Positions 16,737-25,870 of a stretch of 31,016 nucleotides of DNA are shown one piece after another. Location: positions 1-31,016 of IMG/VR virus record IMGVR_UViG_3300018070_000100; one strand, written 5' to 3'. The stretch comes from a virus. Lineage: Duplodnaviria > Caudoviricetes. Both the position numbers and the translations under genes were made by a program. Position 1 is the first letter of the stretch. Each line of letters opens with the position of its first letter. The notes under the pieces were generated by a model that was given only the letters and a program-made list of their open reading frames with translations, was not told where the DNA came from and did not search any database.

Positions 16737-19121
16737 TTATGTGGTGTGCTGAATGTTTATCATCTCCGACACCGGATAGATGGCATCGGCAGAGATTTTT
16801 CCAAAATCCCATCTGGTCGTCGCCACGAACTGCTGCTGCTGCGTCAGTATGTCCTTGTTATACTCGACAGTGACGCCGCGGCGCTGCGCCAGCCTGAAAC
16901 TCGGCTTGTGCGCACAACAGATCGACGTGTGCTTGACATCGGCTCCGCTATCCCTGATTCCGGCGCTTGAAAGCTGCTCGTCGTACTGCGCGGAAATATA
17001 GATTTCCGAACCGTCGATTGTCGGCAGCGTACCCGAAATCATGAATGTGAGCACGCCAAGAGCATCCTCTTTGTAAAGTGCGGTGTGGATCTGGGTGCGC
17101 ACCTTCAAACCGGTCACAAACACGCAGTCGGCAGGCTTGATACCTGCAACGCCCATGTCGCCTTTACAGTCGGTGAAGTTAATGATTTCGAGAGAACCCA
17201 CACCCGTCGTGGAAGATGATACTTCGATGTCGCGATAATAACTCGCACTTCCCAGACCGAGTTTGCGAAGTCCCTTCCAGCACGTTTCGACATTGTATGT
17301 CTGATAGACGGTCGAGATCGTGTTGTCGAAATGGGTTGCCGAATCGTCACCATTGATGATCGCAGTTTCGCGACCTTCATCAAGAGCCGTCGCAAGCTCC
17401 TTCCGAATGAAGCTGACCATATCGAGAATCGAATCCTCGGTCAACTCTTCAGATGAAACCAGCGCGCCGATAAACACGTCAGGCGTGAATGTCTTAACGC
17501 CCGTCGCCACGTTCGTCTTGCGAGCCTCGGTTGCGTTGTCGACCAGCGCTTCAGAACCTTTGTAGACAACAGCCTTGCCGTTCTGGAATGGGAACTTGGC
17601 AGACCCGCCCTTGGGCATGATCCAGGTCTCGAACTTGCTTGCGAGCGTTGGGACGATGCGCAAGTATTCGTTAAACTCCGATGACAGCTCTGAGGGCACC
17701 CACTCATAGCCATAGCCGGTATTCCCACCAGCCATTGCAAGAGCGATGTCATGATCGAATTTGTCGGTCTCTCTTATGAGCTGCTGAAAGATTTTCGCCT
17801 TCTGAAGCGAATAACCGGCACGACCACGATTCTTGTGACGTTCGATGGCGTCCCAAAATAGGACGGTGTCATGCAGGTCACGCAGATTCTTGAGTTCCTG
17901 GCCCGCCTGCATCTTGTCGTAATTGACCGATAGTTGGAATAGACAGAAAGCTCGCTGCTCGATTTCATGCACCTTGTTTCCATTATCATCTTTCAGCCAC
18001 GGCCAATCCGTGAGCATCGAACGATAATCCATGTAGACTACCCGGTTCTTGTTGATATCGGCAAGCTGCTTAGCCTGCTTGACCTCTTCAGCGATTCCCT
18101 CGACATCCTTGAGAATCTTGTCCATCCTCTGCTGCAATTCCTCTTTAGTAATTGCCGCATCGGCGAACTTGCGTTGCTCGTCACGAACCGTTGAGATGAT
18201 TTTCGACAGCTCTTCGTACCTCGTTCCGAGCGTTACCTGATGCTGCTCCAGTTTCTCAAGAGCAACATTTTCCTTGTTTACTTCCGACAACGTCTGACTC
18301 CTTTCAGTTATTGTCATTTCATCCTTGTTTGCATTCCTGATTACAAAACCGGCATTCGGATCAGCCGGTAAATTTACAAGCGACACCTCCTTAAGTGATC
18401 CTTTTATCACGGTCAATATCTCAGACTTCTCATCGAATGACCACTCTTCCATTTTGAAGCCGACCGAGAACGATTTCAACACACGCTCGCGAACCGCTCT
18501 CAACAAAACAGGCGGATTCTCTGCGAAGATGCGGCCATCAACAAACAATCCTTTGTCTTTGACGACCTCATGATTATCGATCTTACCTATCGGGACTGAG
18601 CGATCTTCATGGAATCCAAGAAGCCGACCGTTGAATTGTTTGAACGCATCCTTCCATGTCCATGCCGTATATGGAATCCTGAACTTGCGGTCTTCGATCA
18701 ACGTATCAGTGACGGCATATCCTGAAAAAAGGATGTCGCCTGTCGATGATTCGTCCGATAGATTGATATCAGAATCAGTCACACGGCCGGTCAGGCTCGT
18801 ATCGAAGAGCCGCACAAGCGCGGATTCACCGGAATAGATGGGCATATCCTCGAGTTCTATGCCATCACCAACACTCCGGTCTTCCGACTGAATCTTGTAA
18901 TCGTGATCCGCTACCCATTTCTTCGCGCGTTCAACCGTCCACTTGTCTTTCACGAAAAGAAAAGACTGAACCGACGTTCCTTCCTCACCTTTCTTACGAC
19001 CGATGACCGCCTTGATTCCTTCGTCTTTCGCTATCCAAGTTATGCGAAATGAGTTATCTTCGAACGAACCTGGTTGAGCGACGCGGATTCGTATGTATTG
19101 GTCGGTTATGTCAATCGGCAC
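16737..19121 (-). CDS. Fused prohead protease - scaffold - major capsid protein (HK97 fold)
   Basis: Protease motifs FSGYA, LLGFHE...PIGK, SFSVGF, EVSLVNLPAD; then coiled coil; then capsid motifs GYEWVPSELS, SEELTEDS...ETAIINGD...TRWDF. Confidence 0.9.
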   Translation of the reverse strand: MPIDITDQYIRIRVAQPGSFEDNSFRITWIAKDEGIKAVIGRKKGEEGTSVQSFLFVKDKWTVERAKKWVADHDYKIQSEDRSVGDGIELEDMPIYSGESALVRLFDTSLTGRVTDSDINLSDESSTGDILFSGYAVTDTLIEDRKFRIPYTAWTWKDAFKQFNGRLLGFHEDRSVPIGKIDNHEVVKDKGLFVDGRIFAENPPVLLRAVRERVLKSFSVGFKMEEWSFDEKSEILTVIKGSLKEVSLVNLPADPNAGFVIRNANKDEMTITERSQTLSEVNKENVALEKLEQHQVTLGTRYEELSKIISTVRDEQRKFADAAITKEELQQRMDKILKDVEGIAEEVKQAKQLADINKNRVVYMDYRSMLTDWPWLKDDNGNKVHEIEQRAFCLFQLSVNYDKMQAGQELKNLRDLHDTVLFWDAIERHKNRGRAGYSLQKAKIFQQLIRETDKFDHDIALAMAGGNTGYGYEWVPSELSSEFNEYLRIVPTLASKFETWIMPKGGSAKFPFQNGKAVVYKGSEALVDNATEARKTNVATGVKTFTPDVFIGALVSSEELTEDSILDMVSFIRKELATALDEGRETAIINGDDSATHFDNTISTVYQTYNVETCWKGLRKLGLGSASYYRDIEVSSSTTGVGSLEIINFTDCKGDMGVAGIKPADCVFVTGLKVRTQIHTALYKEDALGVLTFMISGTLPTIDGSEIYISAQYDEQLSSAGIRDSGADVKHTSICCAHKPSFRLAQRRGVTVEYNKDILTQQQQFVATTRWDFGKISADAIYPVSEMINIQHTT

Positions 19122-19137
19122 ATAGTACTCCCTTCAT

Positions 19138-20922
19138 CTATTCGTTATGGCATCCATGCTGCTGATGTTCGAACACGGTTAGCCATGCCGACTTGATAGC
19201 ATCGGAGAGCAGGTCGCCCGCCAATGCATGGGCTTGCGCATAAGTAAAGAGTTGCCTCACCTCCTGCAAAAGTTTGTCCAGTCGCCAATTGTACTGATCG
19301 GCGTCGACCAGGAGCGATTGTATGCTCAAAATCGTTTGCCTGTAATGTGATCTGATCGTTGCCGGGATCGTTCGAACAACGCTTTTGATTTCATTGCTCA
19401 CGAGCGGATTGAATCCGCCATTGCCGGTCGACGCAACTCTCAGCTTATTGACGACTCTCGCAATAATCAGCTTCTTGATTATCGGCACACACTGCCGTTC
19501 CATCTGCGTTGTCATGTCGACAACGCTGAAACATGATGTGGCAAGAGACTGCGGATCGATCAGCATACTCATCATCGATCCGTTCAAAGTCTTTTTCTGA
19601 AGGCTGGACGCGAATTTCGCGTATTGTGAGCGTAGGACGGAGTGAATCGCCCGCTCAGACTCTTCAACCTCATCTTTCGTCGGAGCTTCCGGTTCAGGCT
19701 CTTCTCCCGGTTCTTTGGGAACGGGATTTTGATCTTTCGGCAGCGGCGGCAGGTCGAGCTTTTCCCTGATCTCATCGGGCGTCATGATTCCAGCATCGAC
19801 ATAGTTCTTGTACTCGACTGATTGTTTGAGCGGATCACCCCTGAGCGCGGGCACATTCGACAAATCAAACTTGATTTGGAACTCTTCGCCGTAGAGAGGC
19901 CAGATAAGCTGCTTGTTGAATGCTGCCTCAAATACCATCAATACTGGCATGATCGTGTTGTTCCAGAAATCCAAATCCTGAGCCAGCGCATTCGCATAAT
20001 TGGCGTACTCCATGATGCCGCCTCGGAATGGTGGCAGCCCGAATGCTCCGAATATCTTCTCGCGATTGTGTCTCAGCAACTCGCCGAACGCGATGTCTTT
20101 GTGCTTGATGTCCGCTGTTTCGAGCTTGCCCGCAAACTGATTGACGAAAAGCTTGAATGCATTCTCGACGCCGCTAACGTTGGAGTTTATCAAGGTGATC
20201 AGTTGCTCATGTTGGGTATCGGACAAATCATGTTCGGGAGTGAACATCATGTGCAAGGTTGCCCCGTTCTCGAAAAACTTGCTGTTGAATTGATTTGCAA
20301 GATGATCCATCATAATCTCATCGCGCACGCTGTTGATGCGGCTCATGCCGTAATATGGCGATCCCGGAGTCAGATCGCGGACATGCAGTACTTCGTTCAG
20401 GTTGTACGTCTTTGATCTTGGCGTGCCGTAGCCGATGATGTAACCATCGGGCGCACCCGATTCCGAAAGCGTCATTTTGACCTGACGCGGATCGCGCGGC
20501 CATAGCTCAACGCGATCATTCGGGCCGGTTATACGTTCGATAGTCATGAACGCATTGCCATCGCCGAGATAGCTCTTCACCTGATGCCGAATCAAATCGA
20601 TCCATGAGTGTGTAGGATTCGGATTTCTAATGATCTTGTTTGCTGGGTGATCCCGATCTTCATACTCGCGCTCGATGCCGCCGATGGTTTCCATGCCGAT
20701 CACCTTCACCGGCAAGCTCGCAACAGCATCGGAAATTGCGCGGCCTGCAATGTAGACGCTTGAGTTAACTTTCTCGGCTTCAAGGTCGTGGTATGTGCGA
20801 GGATCGCGACCCGCAATCTTCTGATTGCCGTAATGCACCCAGGCTTCTATGCCAGCGGCCCGATCTTTGAGCTGCACCTGCTTCTGTTTGCCGATAGATA
20901 TGTTCAGCCCGAATATGTTCAT
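19138..20922 (-). CDS. Portal protein (HK97 family) with long C-terminal extension
   Basis: AISDAVASLP, PNP, LGDGNAF, EVLHVR...YYGMS, FFENGA, IFGAFGLPP, GIMTPDEIREKLDLPP motifs. Confidence 0.92.
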   Translation of the reverse strand: MNIFGLNISIGKQKQVQLKDRAAGIEAWVHYGNQKIAGRDPRTYHDLEAEKVNSSVYIAGRAISDAVASLPVKVIGMETIGGIEREYEDRDHPANKIIRNPNPTHSWIDLIRHQVKSYLGDGNAFMTIERITGPNDRVELWPRDPRQVKMTLSESGAPDGYIIGYGTPRSKTYNLNEVLHVRDLTPGSPYYGMSRINSVRDEIMMDHLANQFNSKFFENGATLHMMFTPEHDLSDTQHEQLITLINSNVSGVENAFKLFVNQFAGKLETADIKHKDIAFGELLRHNREKIFGAFGLPPFRGGIMEYANYANALAQDLDFWNNTIMPVLMVFEAAFNKQLIWPLYGEEFQIKFDLSNVPALRGDPLKQSVEYKNYVDAGIMTPDEIREKLDLPPLPKDQNPVPKEPGEEPEPEAPTKDEVEESERAIHSVLRSQYAKFASSLQKKTLNGSMMSMLIDPQSLATSCFSVVDMTTQMERQCVPIIKKLIIARVVNKLRVASTGNGGFNPLVSNEIKSVVRTIPATIRSHYRQTILSIQSLLVDADQYNWRLDKLLQEVRQLFTYAQAHALAGDLLSDAIKSAWLTVFEHQQHGCHNE

Positions 20923-20924
20923 AG

Positions 20925-21575
20925 TTATCCTTTAACGAAATGGACATTACGTTTGGCGCCATTGCGCACTTGTTCTATCATGATAGGATCGGTCGGTTCA
21001 AATTTGAGACCTGCAAGCTTATCGATAATATCCATAACGTCCGTATTGTACTTGCGTAAATGTCCCATGCTCAACTCAACAACTATGGCTCCCACCCCGA
21101 CAGATTTCAGCGTGTCTCTGCCACCGGCCAATACTAATCCCTCTGATCCTTCCGTATCAATCTTGAGAGCAATCACTTCAATATCAGGAAAGCATATGTG
21201 CAACAAGTCAAGAGTTGTACCTGATACAGGCATTCCACATGTCTTCTCATCTACATATCCATGAGGCTTGTTATCCTTGTGCAGATAGAGATTAGCCACG
21301 TGATCCCACAGAGCGATGTTCATAACTATGTGCGGTGGTGTATTATCATAGAGTATGTCAAGCATCGACATGTCAGGTTCGATTGATAACATCCTACAAT
21401 CAGGCAGCGACGATGTCAACATATGCACATAGAGACCGGCATGTGCACCAACATCGACGAATGCTGATCGTTTCTCCTTATGTGTCAGGAGAAAATTTCT
21501 GATGAATTGAACATCCTCTTGTTCATAACCCGGACTATAACAGGGATGACACCGCTTGTCGCCACACTTAATCAT
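20925..21575 (-). CDS. FkbM-family SAM-dependent methyltransferase
   Basis: YEQED...FVDVGAHAGLY...SIEP...NIALWD...TTLD...LKIDTEGSEGLVLAGGRDTL. Confidence 0.9.
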   Translation of the reverse strand: MIKCGDKRCHPCYSPGYEQEDVQFIRNFLLTHKEKRSAFVDVGAHAGLYVHMLTSSLPDCRMLSIEPDMSMLDILYDNTPPHIVMNIALWDHVANLYLHKDNKPHGYVDEKTCGMPVSGTTLDLLHICFPDIEVIALKIDTEGSEGLVLAGGRDTLKSVGVGAIVVELSMGHLRKYNTDVMDIIDKLAGLKFEPTDPIMIEQVRNGAKRNVHFVKG

Positions 21576-22321
21576 TGGAGTTTTCCTCTGATGCGATACC
21601 GCTTGACGAGTTTGCGATTCAGCGGCAGGCAGGGATGATCTTTATCCACACAGTTCAACACATCAATCGGCAATCTGAGAGCATCGGCGGCGGCAGCCAT
21701 GACCGATATCGAGAGCACTCGATGGGCGGCGTTGTGCATAATCATAAAACTCGTATTGATGTTCTCGAAGTTCTTGTGGGCATTGCCATTATGACCAGTA
21801 TCGATGATCGATACATCGGGGAATTCCTTACCTACGTAAGCGAGCGAATCCCACCAGTATTTGCGATGCGCCTCGGTTCTGGTATGCACGTGGACAAAAG
21901 GTTTCGAACCGATATGCTGGCCTAGAAAAGTCTGAGCCTCGATAATCGACTGCTGATTTATCCAGACCTCAAGATCAAAATTCTTCGGTTCGACTCCGAA
22001 CTCTTTTGCGATCTGATGCTGCCGATGATTATACCGACTGAGCAGTTGACAGGTAATTGCCTTATCATAGTCGCGCCTGAACTTGTTGAACATCGGCAAA
22101 TGATAGGTCTTCCAGCCTCCTTCCGTCGTATCGGTTCGCACTTTTATCAACCGACCGATATACGGACAATCGTCAAGTAGATGGCTGTTGATGACGCCCG
22201 GCCTGACCATCATGTCGAGGAGATATCCATCTTCATACAGGGTACGCATCGAGGGAGAGGCATGAATCACATCGCCGATCCCATGCGGAAAACAGACGAG
22301 CGCTCGCTTCCTATCCGACAT
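21572..22321 (-). CDS. GT9 (heptosyltransferase)-like GT-B glycosyltransferase
   Basis: Start at MSDRKRALV; HGIGDVIHASPSMRTL, LLDDCPYI, FVHVH....HRKYW, SVMAAAADALRLP resemble GT9 motifs. Confidence 0.72.
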   Translation of the reverse strand: MSDRKRALVCFPHGIGDVIHASPSMRTLYEDGYLLDMMVRPGVINSHLLDDCPYIGRLIKVRTDTTEGGWKTYHLPMFNKFRRDYDKAITCQLLSRYNHRQHQIAKEFGVEPKNFDLEVWINQQSIIEAQTFLGQHIGSKPFVHVHTRTEAHRKYWWDSLAYVGKEFPDVSIIDTGHNGNAHKNFENINTSFMIMHNAAHRVLSISVMAAAADALRLPIDVLNCVDKDHPCLPLNRKLVKRYRIRGKLQ

Positions 22322-24065
22322 AAGCGCTCCGGCGTTGTTTGATTTGCGGCTGTTCCGGCTTGTCACCGTTGTCGCCAATGCGGCCACGCTCGATAATGGT
22401 CTGCACGTTGATCGTCCCGGTCTGCATCATGTCGACATGAGCATCTTTTCGGAGAGCCGCACTGTTGTTCATGCCTGAGATCAGCCAGGCAAGATGTCTG
22501 TATGCCGATGCGTGGAAGAAATGGTCGACGCCTTTCGTCCATACGATACGCCCGCCCGCGTCCATGATACGCTTGGGCACCTGCATCTCTGAGAGATAAG
22601 AACCGTTAACTGCCGATCTCCAGTCGTGGCGAATCATGATCTTCTTGTTTTTGAATGCTGCCACCATCGAGTCGAGAAGTTCGGTCCGATTCGTCTTGAC
22701 CACCAGCTGACCATAGTCGAGATCATATGCTTCCTTGATCTGATCTTTCGATCGATAAAAGCACATCCAGGCGCCCTGTTGGCGCCTTATGAAATTGCGG
22801 GTCTCATTATAGCCGCCACCCTGAGCATCAACTACTGCCGTGCTCGTGTTGTGTGTTGCAAGGAGTGAATACACCTGCTCCCACGTATCGCATATCTCAT
22901 AAGCAATGTCATGAAGGATGCTCTCGACAACCGCGCTGATGACCACGGTGAATTTGCGGCCCTGATCGATTCCTGCTATCGTCCGAAAATCCGCATTCTG
23001 CTCGAATCTCATCGGCTGTTTTGCTGCACATGACGCCATCAAGCTCTCGGTCAGTCGCAACTCATAGCTCTCGTAAGGCTGTGCGAGATAGTTGTTATGG
23101 AAATTCTGCATGAGCGTTTCGTTGCCCTGCGCTTCAAGGAACCTGGGAAAGAGACTATCGAAATGCCCGATGATGTCGGTATCCGTCTTACGAACAAAGA
23201 GCCTGCTGACACGATAGCCGGAGATTTCTGATTCGGGATTGCCAGGAACCCATCGACCAGGACCGATCCGATCAAAGGGTTTGCCGCAACTCAGACAAAC
23301 GGGATGACCGTCGCCATTGCGTAGTTGATAAGTCGATTCGGCGTCTGTGACGAAATGCTTATACCAGTCAAGTACCTGCTCATGATCACAATGGCAGCAG
23401 CGAACGAACCATTCATTCTGCGTACTGTTGAGGAATTCTTTCGAGATGCCGGTTCCGTCCGTTGTCGGATTGCCGAACTTGTAAACGTGCGGAACCTTCG
23501 AGTCTGCGATACGATCATAGGCATATGGAACGTTTACCTGGTCAAGCAAATCGAACTCGTCCATGATTAGCACGTCCCCCGGAAACTCGAAGAAGTTCTT
23601 GCGAACATTCGCACCTACAAACTTCCAGCCCGACCCGAAGATTAGTTTGTAAACGTTGCTGTCGGCAACTCGATGACCATCGGTGAGCAAAGCTCTTGTA
23701 TATTCGGGCGAGCAATCTTTCAAGCGGTCGATGCGATCCTGCACGAATGGTCGTCGCATTTCATTCGTCGGCATAATGTAAAGACCTCTCAATCCCTTGC
23801 GGGCAAGCGTGAACATGGCGCAAAGGAAATGTTCGGTCATGTGAACCTGCGAGCATTTGATGATGACCATGCGGGGGTTGTTGTCTTTGTAGATCGTCTC
23901 CAGCCATTTCTTGTCGGCGAACGTGAGTCGTCCACCCTTTGTCGTCCGATGATGAGTCAGAGCCATGAACAATCGAGGCCATTTCCCCTCGATAATCGCC
24001 AGCGGCTGGCTGATCAGCTTATCCGATGGTTCAAGATTGAGACTCTGGAGACCTTGATTGCCCAT
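22311..24065 (-). CDS. Terminase large subunit, lambda GpA-like family
   Basis: IIKCSQVHMTE (GpA-type Walker A variant), VLIMDEFD Walker B, FGNPT, Zn-finger CCHC...CLSC, GRWV, FHNNYLAQPY, nuclease AGIDQG...VVDA...DHFFHA. Confidence 0.9.
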   Translation of the reverse strand: MGNQGLQSLNLEPSDKLISQPLAIIEGKWPRLFMALTHHRTTKGGRLTFADKKWLETIYKDNNPRMVIIKCSQVHMTEHFLCAMFTLARKGLRGLYIMPTNEMRRPFVQDRIDRLKDCSPEYTRALLTDGHRVADSNVYKLIFGSGWKFVGANVRKNFFEFPGDVLIMDEFDLLDQVNVPYAYDRIADSKVPHVYKFGNPTTDGTGISKEFLNSTQNEWFVRCCHCDHEQVLDWYKHFVTDAESTYQLRNGDGHPVCLSCGKPFDRIGPGRWVPGNPESEISGYRVSRLFVRKTDTDIIGHFDSLFPRFLEAQGNETLMQNFHNNYLAQPYESYELRLTESLMASCAAKQPMRFEQNADFRTIAGIDQGRKFTVVISAVVESILHDIAYEICDTWEQVYSLLATHNTSTAVVDAQGGGYNETRNFIRRQQGAWMCFYRSKDQIKEAYDLDYGQLVVKTNRTELLDSMVAAFKNKKIMIRHDWRSAVNGSYLSEMQVPKRIMDAGGRIVWTKGVDHFFHASAYRHLAWLISGMNNSAALRKDAHVDMMQTGTINVQTIIERGRIGDNGDKPEQPQIKQRRSAYVG

Positions 24066-24649
24066 CAGATTTTCGCTCCCTTACAGACCCAGATAATCTT
24101 CTTGCCACATTCGATGCCGGAGTCGGCAGCCATGACGACTGGCTGTATCTTATGCCAGCGAATGAGACCTTTGTAATAGTTGCGAATCATCTTCTCATCC
24201 GGATATGCGCGCAGATGAGCTTCGTCCGTGTAGTTCGGCAAGGTGAATATGCAGATCGTATCAGACGCAATGTGATCGACGATCTCCAAATCTCGCAAGT
24301 GCTCCATCACTTCTATCGCGATAACAACGGTATGGCTGACGCGGAACGTTGATCGATGGTAAGCGTTGCGCCTGACGACCCGCGTGCGAATCGAATTAGG
24401 GCAGCGCCGGATCGCCTCGATGCTGAAATCAAAACCGCGATATTTGAATCCGCCATCATGAACCATTTCGCCGAAGATTCCTATCCCGCAACCGATCTCC
24501 AACACCTGCACCGGTGGTTTAAGCGATTGCAAGATGTCCATCACCGCATTGTAAACTGGCTGCATGTGATCGACATTGTAACCATTTCGATAGATCGAAT
24601 CATAATAATGAGCTGGCTGCTCGGCCAGAGATACAGACATTTTCGGCAT
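24065..24649 (-). CDS. Class I SAM-dependent methyltransferase
   Basis: VLEIGCGIG, GFDFS, IEVMEHL, IFTLPN motifs; GGAGG RBS supports a start at 24649 (or 24640) rather than 24706. Confidence 0.88.
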   Translation of the reverse strand: MPKMSVSLAEQPAHYYDSIYRNGYNVDHMQPVYNAVMDILQSLKPPVQVLEIGCGIGIFGEMVHDGGFKYRGFDFSIEAIRRCPNSIRTRVVRRNAYHRSTFRVSHTVVIAIEVMEHLRDLEIVDHIASDTICIFTLPNYTDEAHLRAYPDEKMIRNYYKGLIRWHKIQPVVMAADSGIECGKKIIWVCKGAKI

Positions 24650-24699
24650 GACACCTCCAGGGTTGACGTTCACTCCACTATGCAATATAACGTCGAAAT

Positions 24700-25170
24700 G
24701 ACGCAAAAACTTGCAACTTTTTCCGCCAGCTGTTCAAAAAATGAACAATTTCCCTGTTTGATGAAAATTTCCCTTGACACGCGTCAACAATTGGGAGAAC
24801 CTTAGGGAGAGGGCGGCGGGTGGTACGCACAATCTCCAACAGAGAACAAACAACAAACTGTCGGAAATCCGTACACTTCCCATGATATCATAACTAAGTA
24901 TAGAGCATACACTTAGAGGTGCGGTAAGTTTTGCTGCTATCGTAAGTCCCTATGCCACAATCGTTTAGGGTGCTGATCAGAAGTGTCGGAAAACTGGACA
25001 GTGAGGTGTCGGAATTCTGGACACTTTGATCGGTTGTTAAACTGAGCGAGAATTGAACAGAATAGCGGAGGATAAAAAAGACGCTCCGCTTGATGCGGGG
25101 CGGGTAGGTTAAGCGATTTATGGCTTGCTGGTGATAAGGGATGATCTGCCAAGATCGTTGAGCTACGGGC
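24700..25170. promoter_or_regulatory. Non-coding late-control / possible packaging region with several 17-bp TGT-N11-ACA dyads
   Basis: Largest intergenic gap; TGTTCAAAAAATGAACA 24731, TGTCGGAAATCCGTACA 24859, TGTCGGAAAACTGGACA 24984, TGTCGGAATTCTGGACA 25007. Confidence 0.6.
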
Positions 25171-25172
25171 CT

Positions 25173-25484
25173 CTACTCGCGTTTTTTGGCTATATCTTCT
25201 GTTTCAGTTTCAGGATTTGGTTTGCCCCAACCATGATCTAAGCTCGTCATATGTGCTTGCGCTCGTAAATATCCCTCGATGGCTCTGAGACATTGTTCGA
25301 TTCTCAATAACGATTCTATAGTAAGTTTGCTCAGCATCTCAAAGTGTTCCTGGTGTTCCTTCATATCGTATTCTATAGGATTTTTCCCCGTTGTTACTCT
25401 AAGGAAATTTTCTTCACTATAACCGAGTCCCATGATTCCTCCTGGTTCTGTCATTTGTGTTTTCCGATTAACGAATCTTGCCAT
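25173..25484 (-). CDS. Hypothetical protein (start uncertain)
   Basis: ORF in operon orientation filling the gap after the HTH gene; no recognised motif. Confidence 0.45.
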   Translation of the reverse strand: MARFVNRKTQMTEPGGIMGLGYSEENFLRVTTGKNPIEYDMKEHQEHFEMLSKLTIESLLRIEQCLRAIEGYLRAQAHMTSLDHGWGKPNPETETEDIAKKRE

Positions 25485-25857
25485 CCCGACAAGGTCGGCC
25501 TAAACGTGATGGATCCCACTCCCACTTCCTGTCATACGGCCCATTTCCACGTGGATTATCGAATTCGATAATAATCGGAGTATCTGCCTTCCTGAGTTTG
25601 CAGCAGCATTCAATCAACGCCGTGCGTTCAGATTGCGGTATTCCACCAATAAAGCGATGGCCCTTTTGCCATTGTTGATGAACGGCCTGTCTGCTGATAC
25701 CGAATGACTCACCTATTTCTTCGAATGTCAGATCGGCATAGGCATGTAAGCCGAAGAGAAGCAGACAGAATTCTTTGTTAAATGGTCTGCCACGTTTACC
25801 CATTTGAGTTTTTCGGTTTTTCTGTTGGCTTAGATTTGTGCCGTCTGAGATTACCAT
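25468..25857 (-). CDS. Sigma70 region-4-like HTH DNA-binding protein (putative late regulator)
   Basis: LTFEEIGESFGISRQAVHQ helix-turn-helix; GGAGG RBS. Confidence 0.75.
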   Translation of the reverse strand: MVISDGTNLSQQKNRKTQMGKRGRPFNKEFCLLLFGLHAYADLTFEEIGESFGISRQAVHQQWQKGHRFIGGIPQSERTALIECCCKLRKADTPIIIEFDNPRGNGPYDRKWEWDPSRLGRPCRDGKIR

Positions 25858-25870
25858 TAGATTCCTCCCG

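Noticed and set aside
24680-24720. Sigma70 promoter TTGCAA...TATATT for the late operon
   Set aside because: Spacing is about 21 bp, too long for a canonical promoter.
24700-25170. tRNA or structured ncRNA in the intergenic gap
   Set aside because: No cloverleaf or T-loop motif seen; the dyads look like DNA binding sites. A covariance-model search was not possible.
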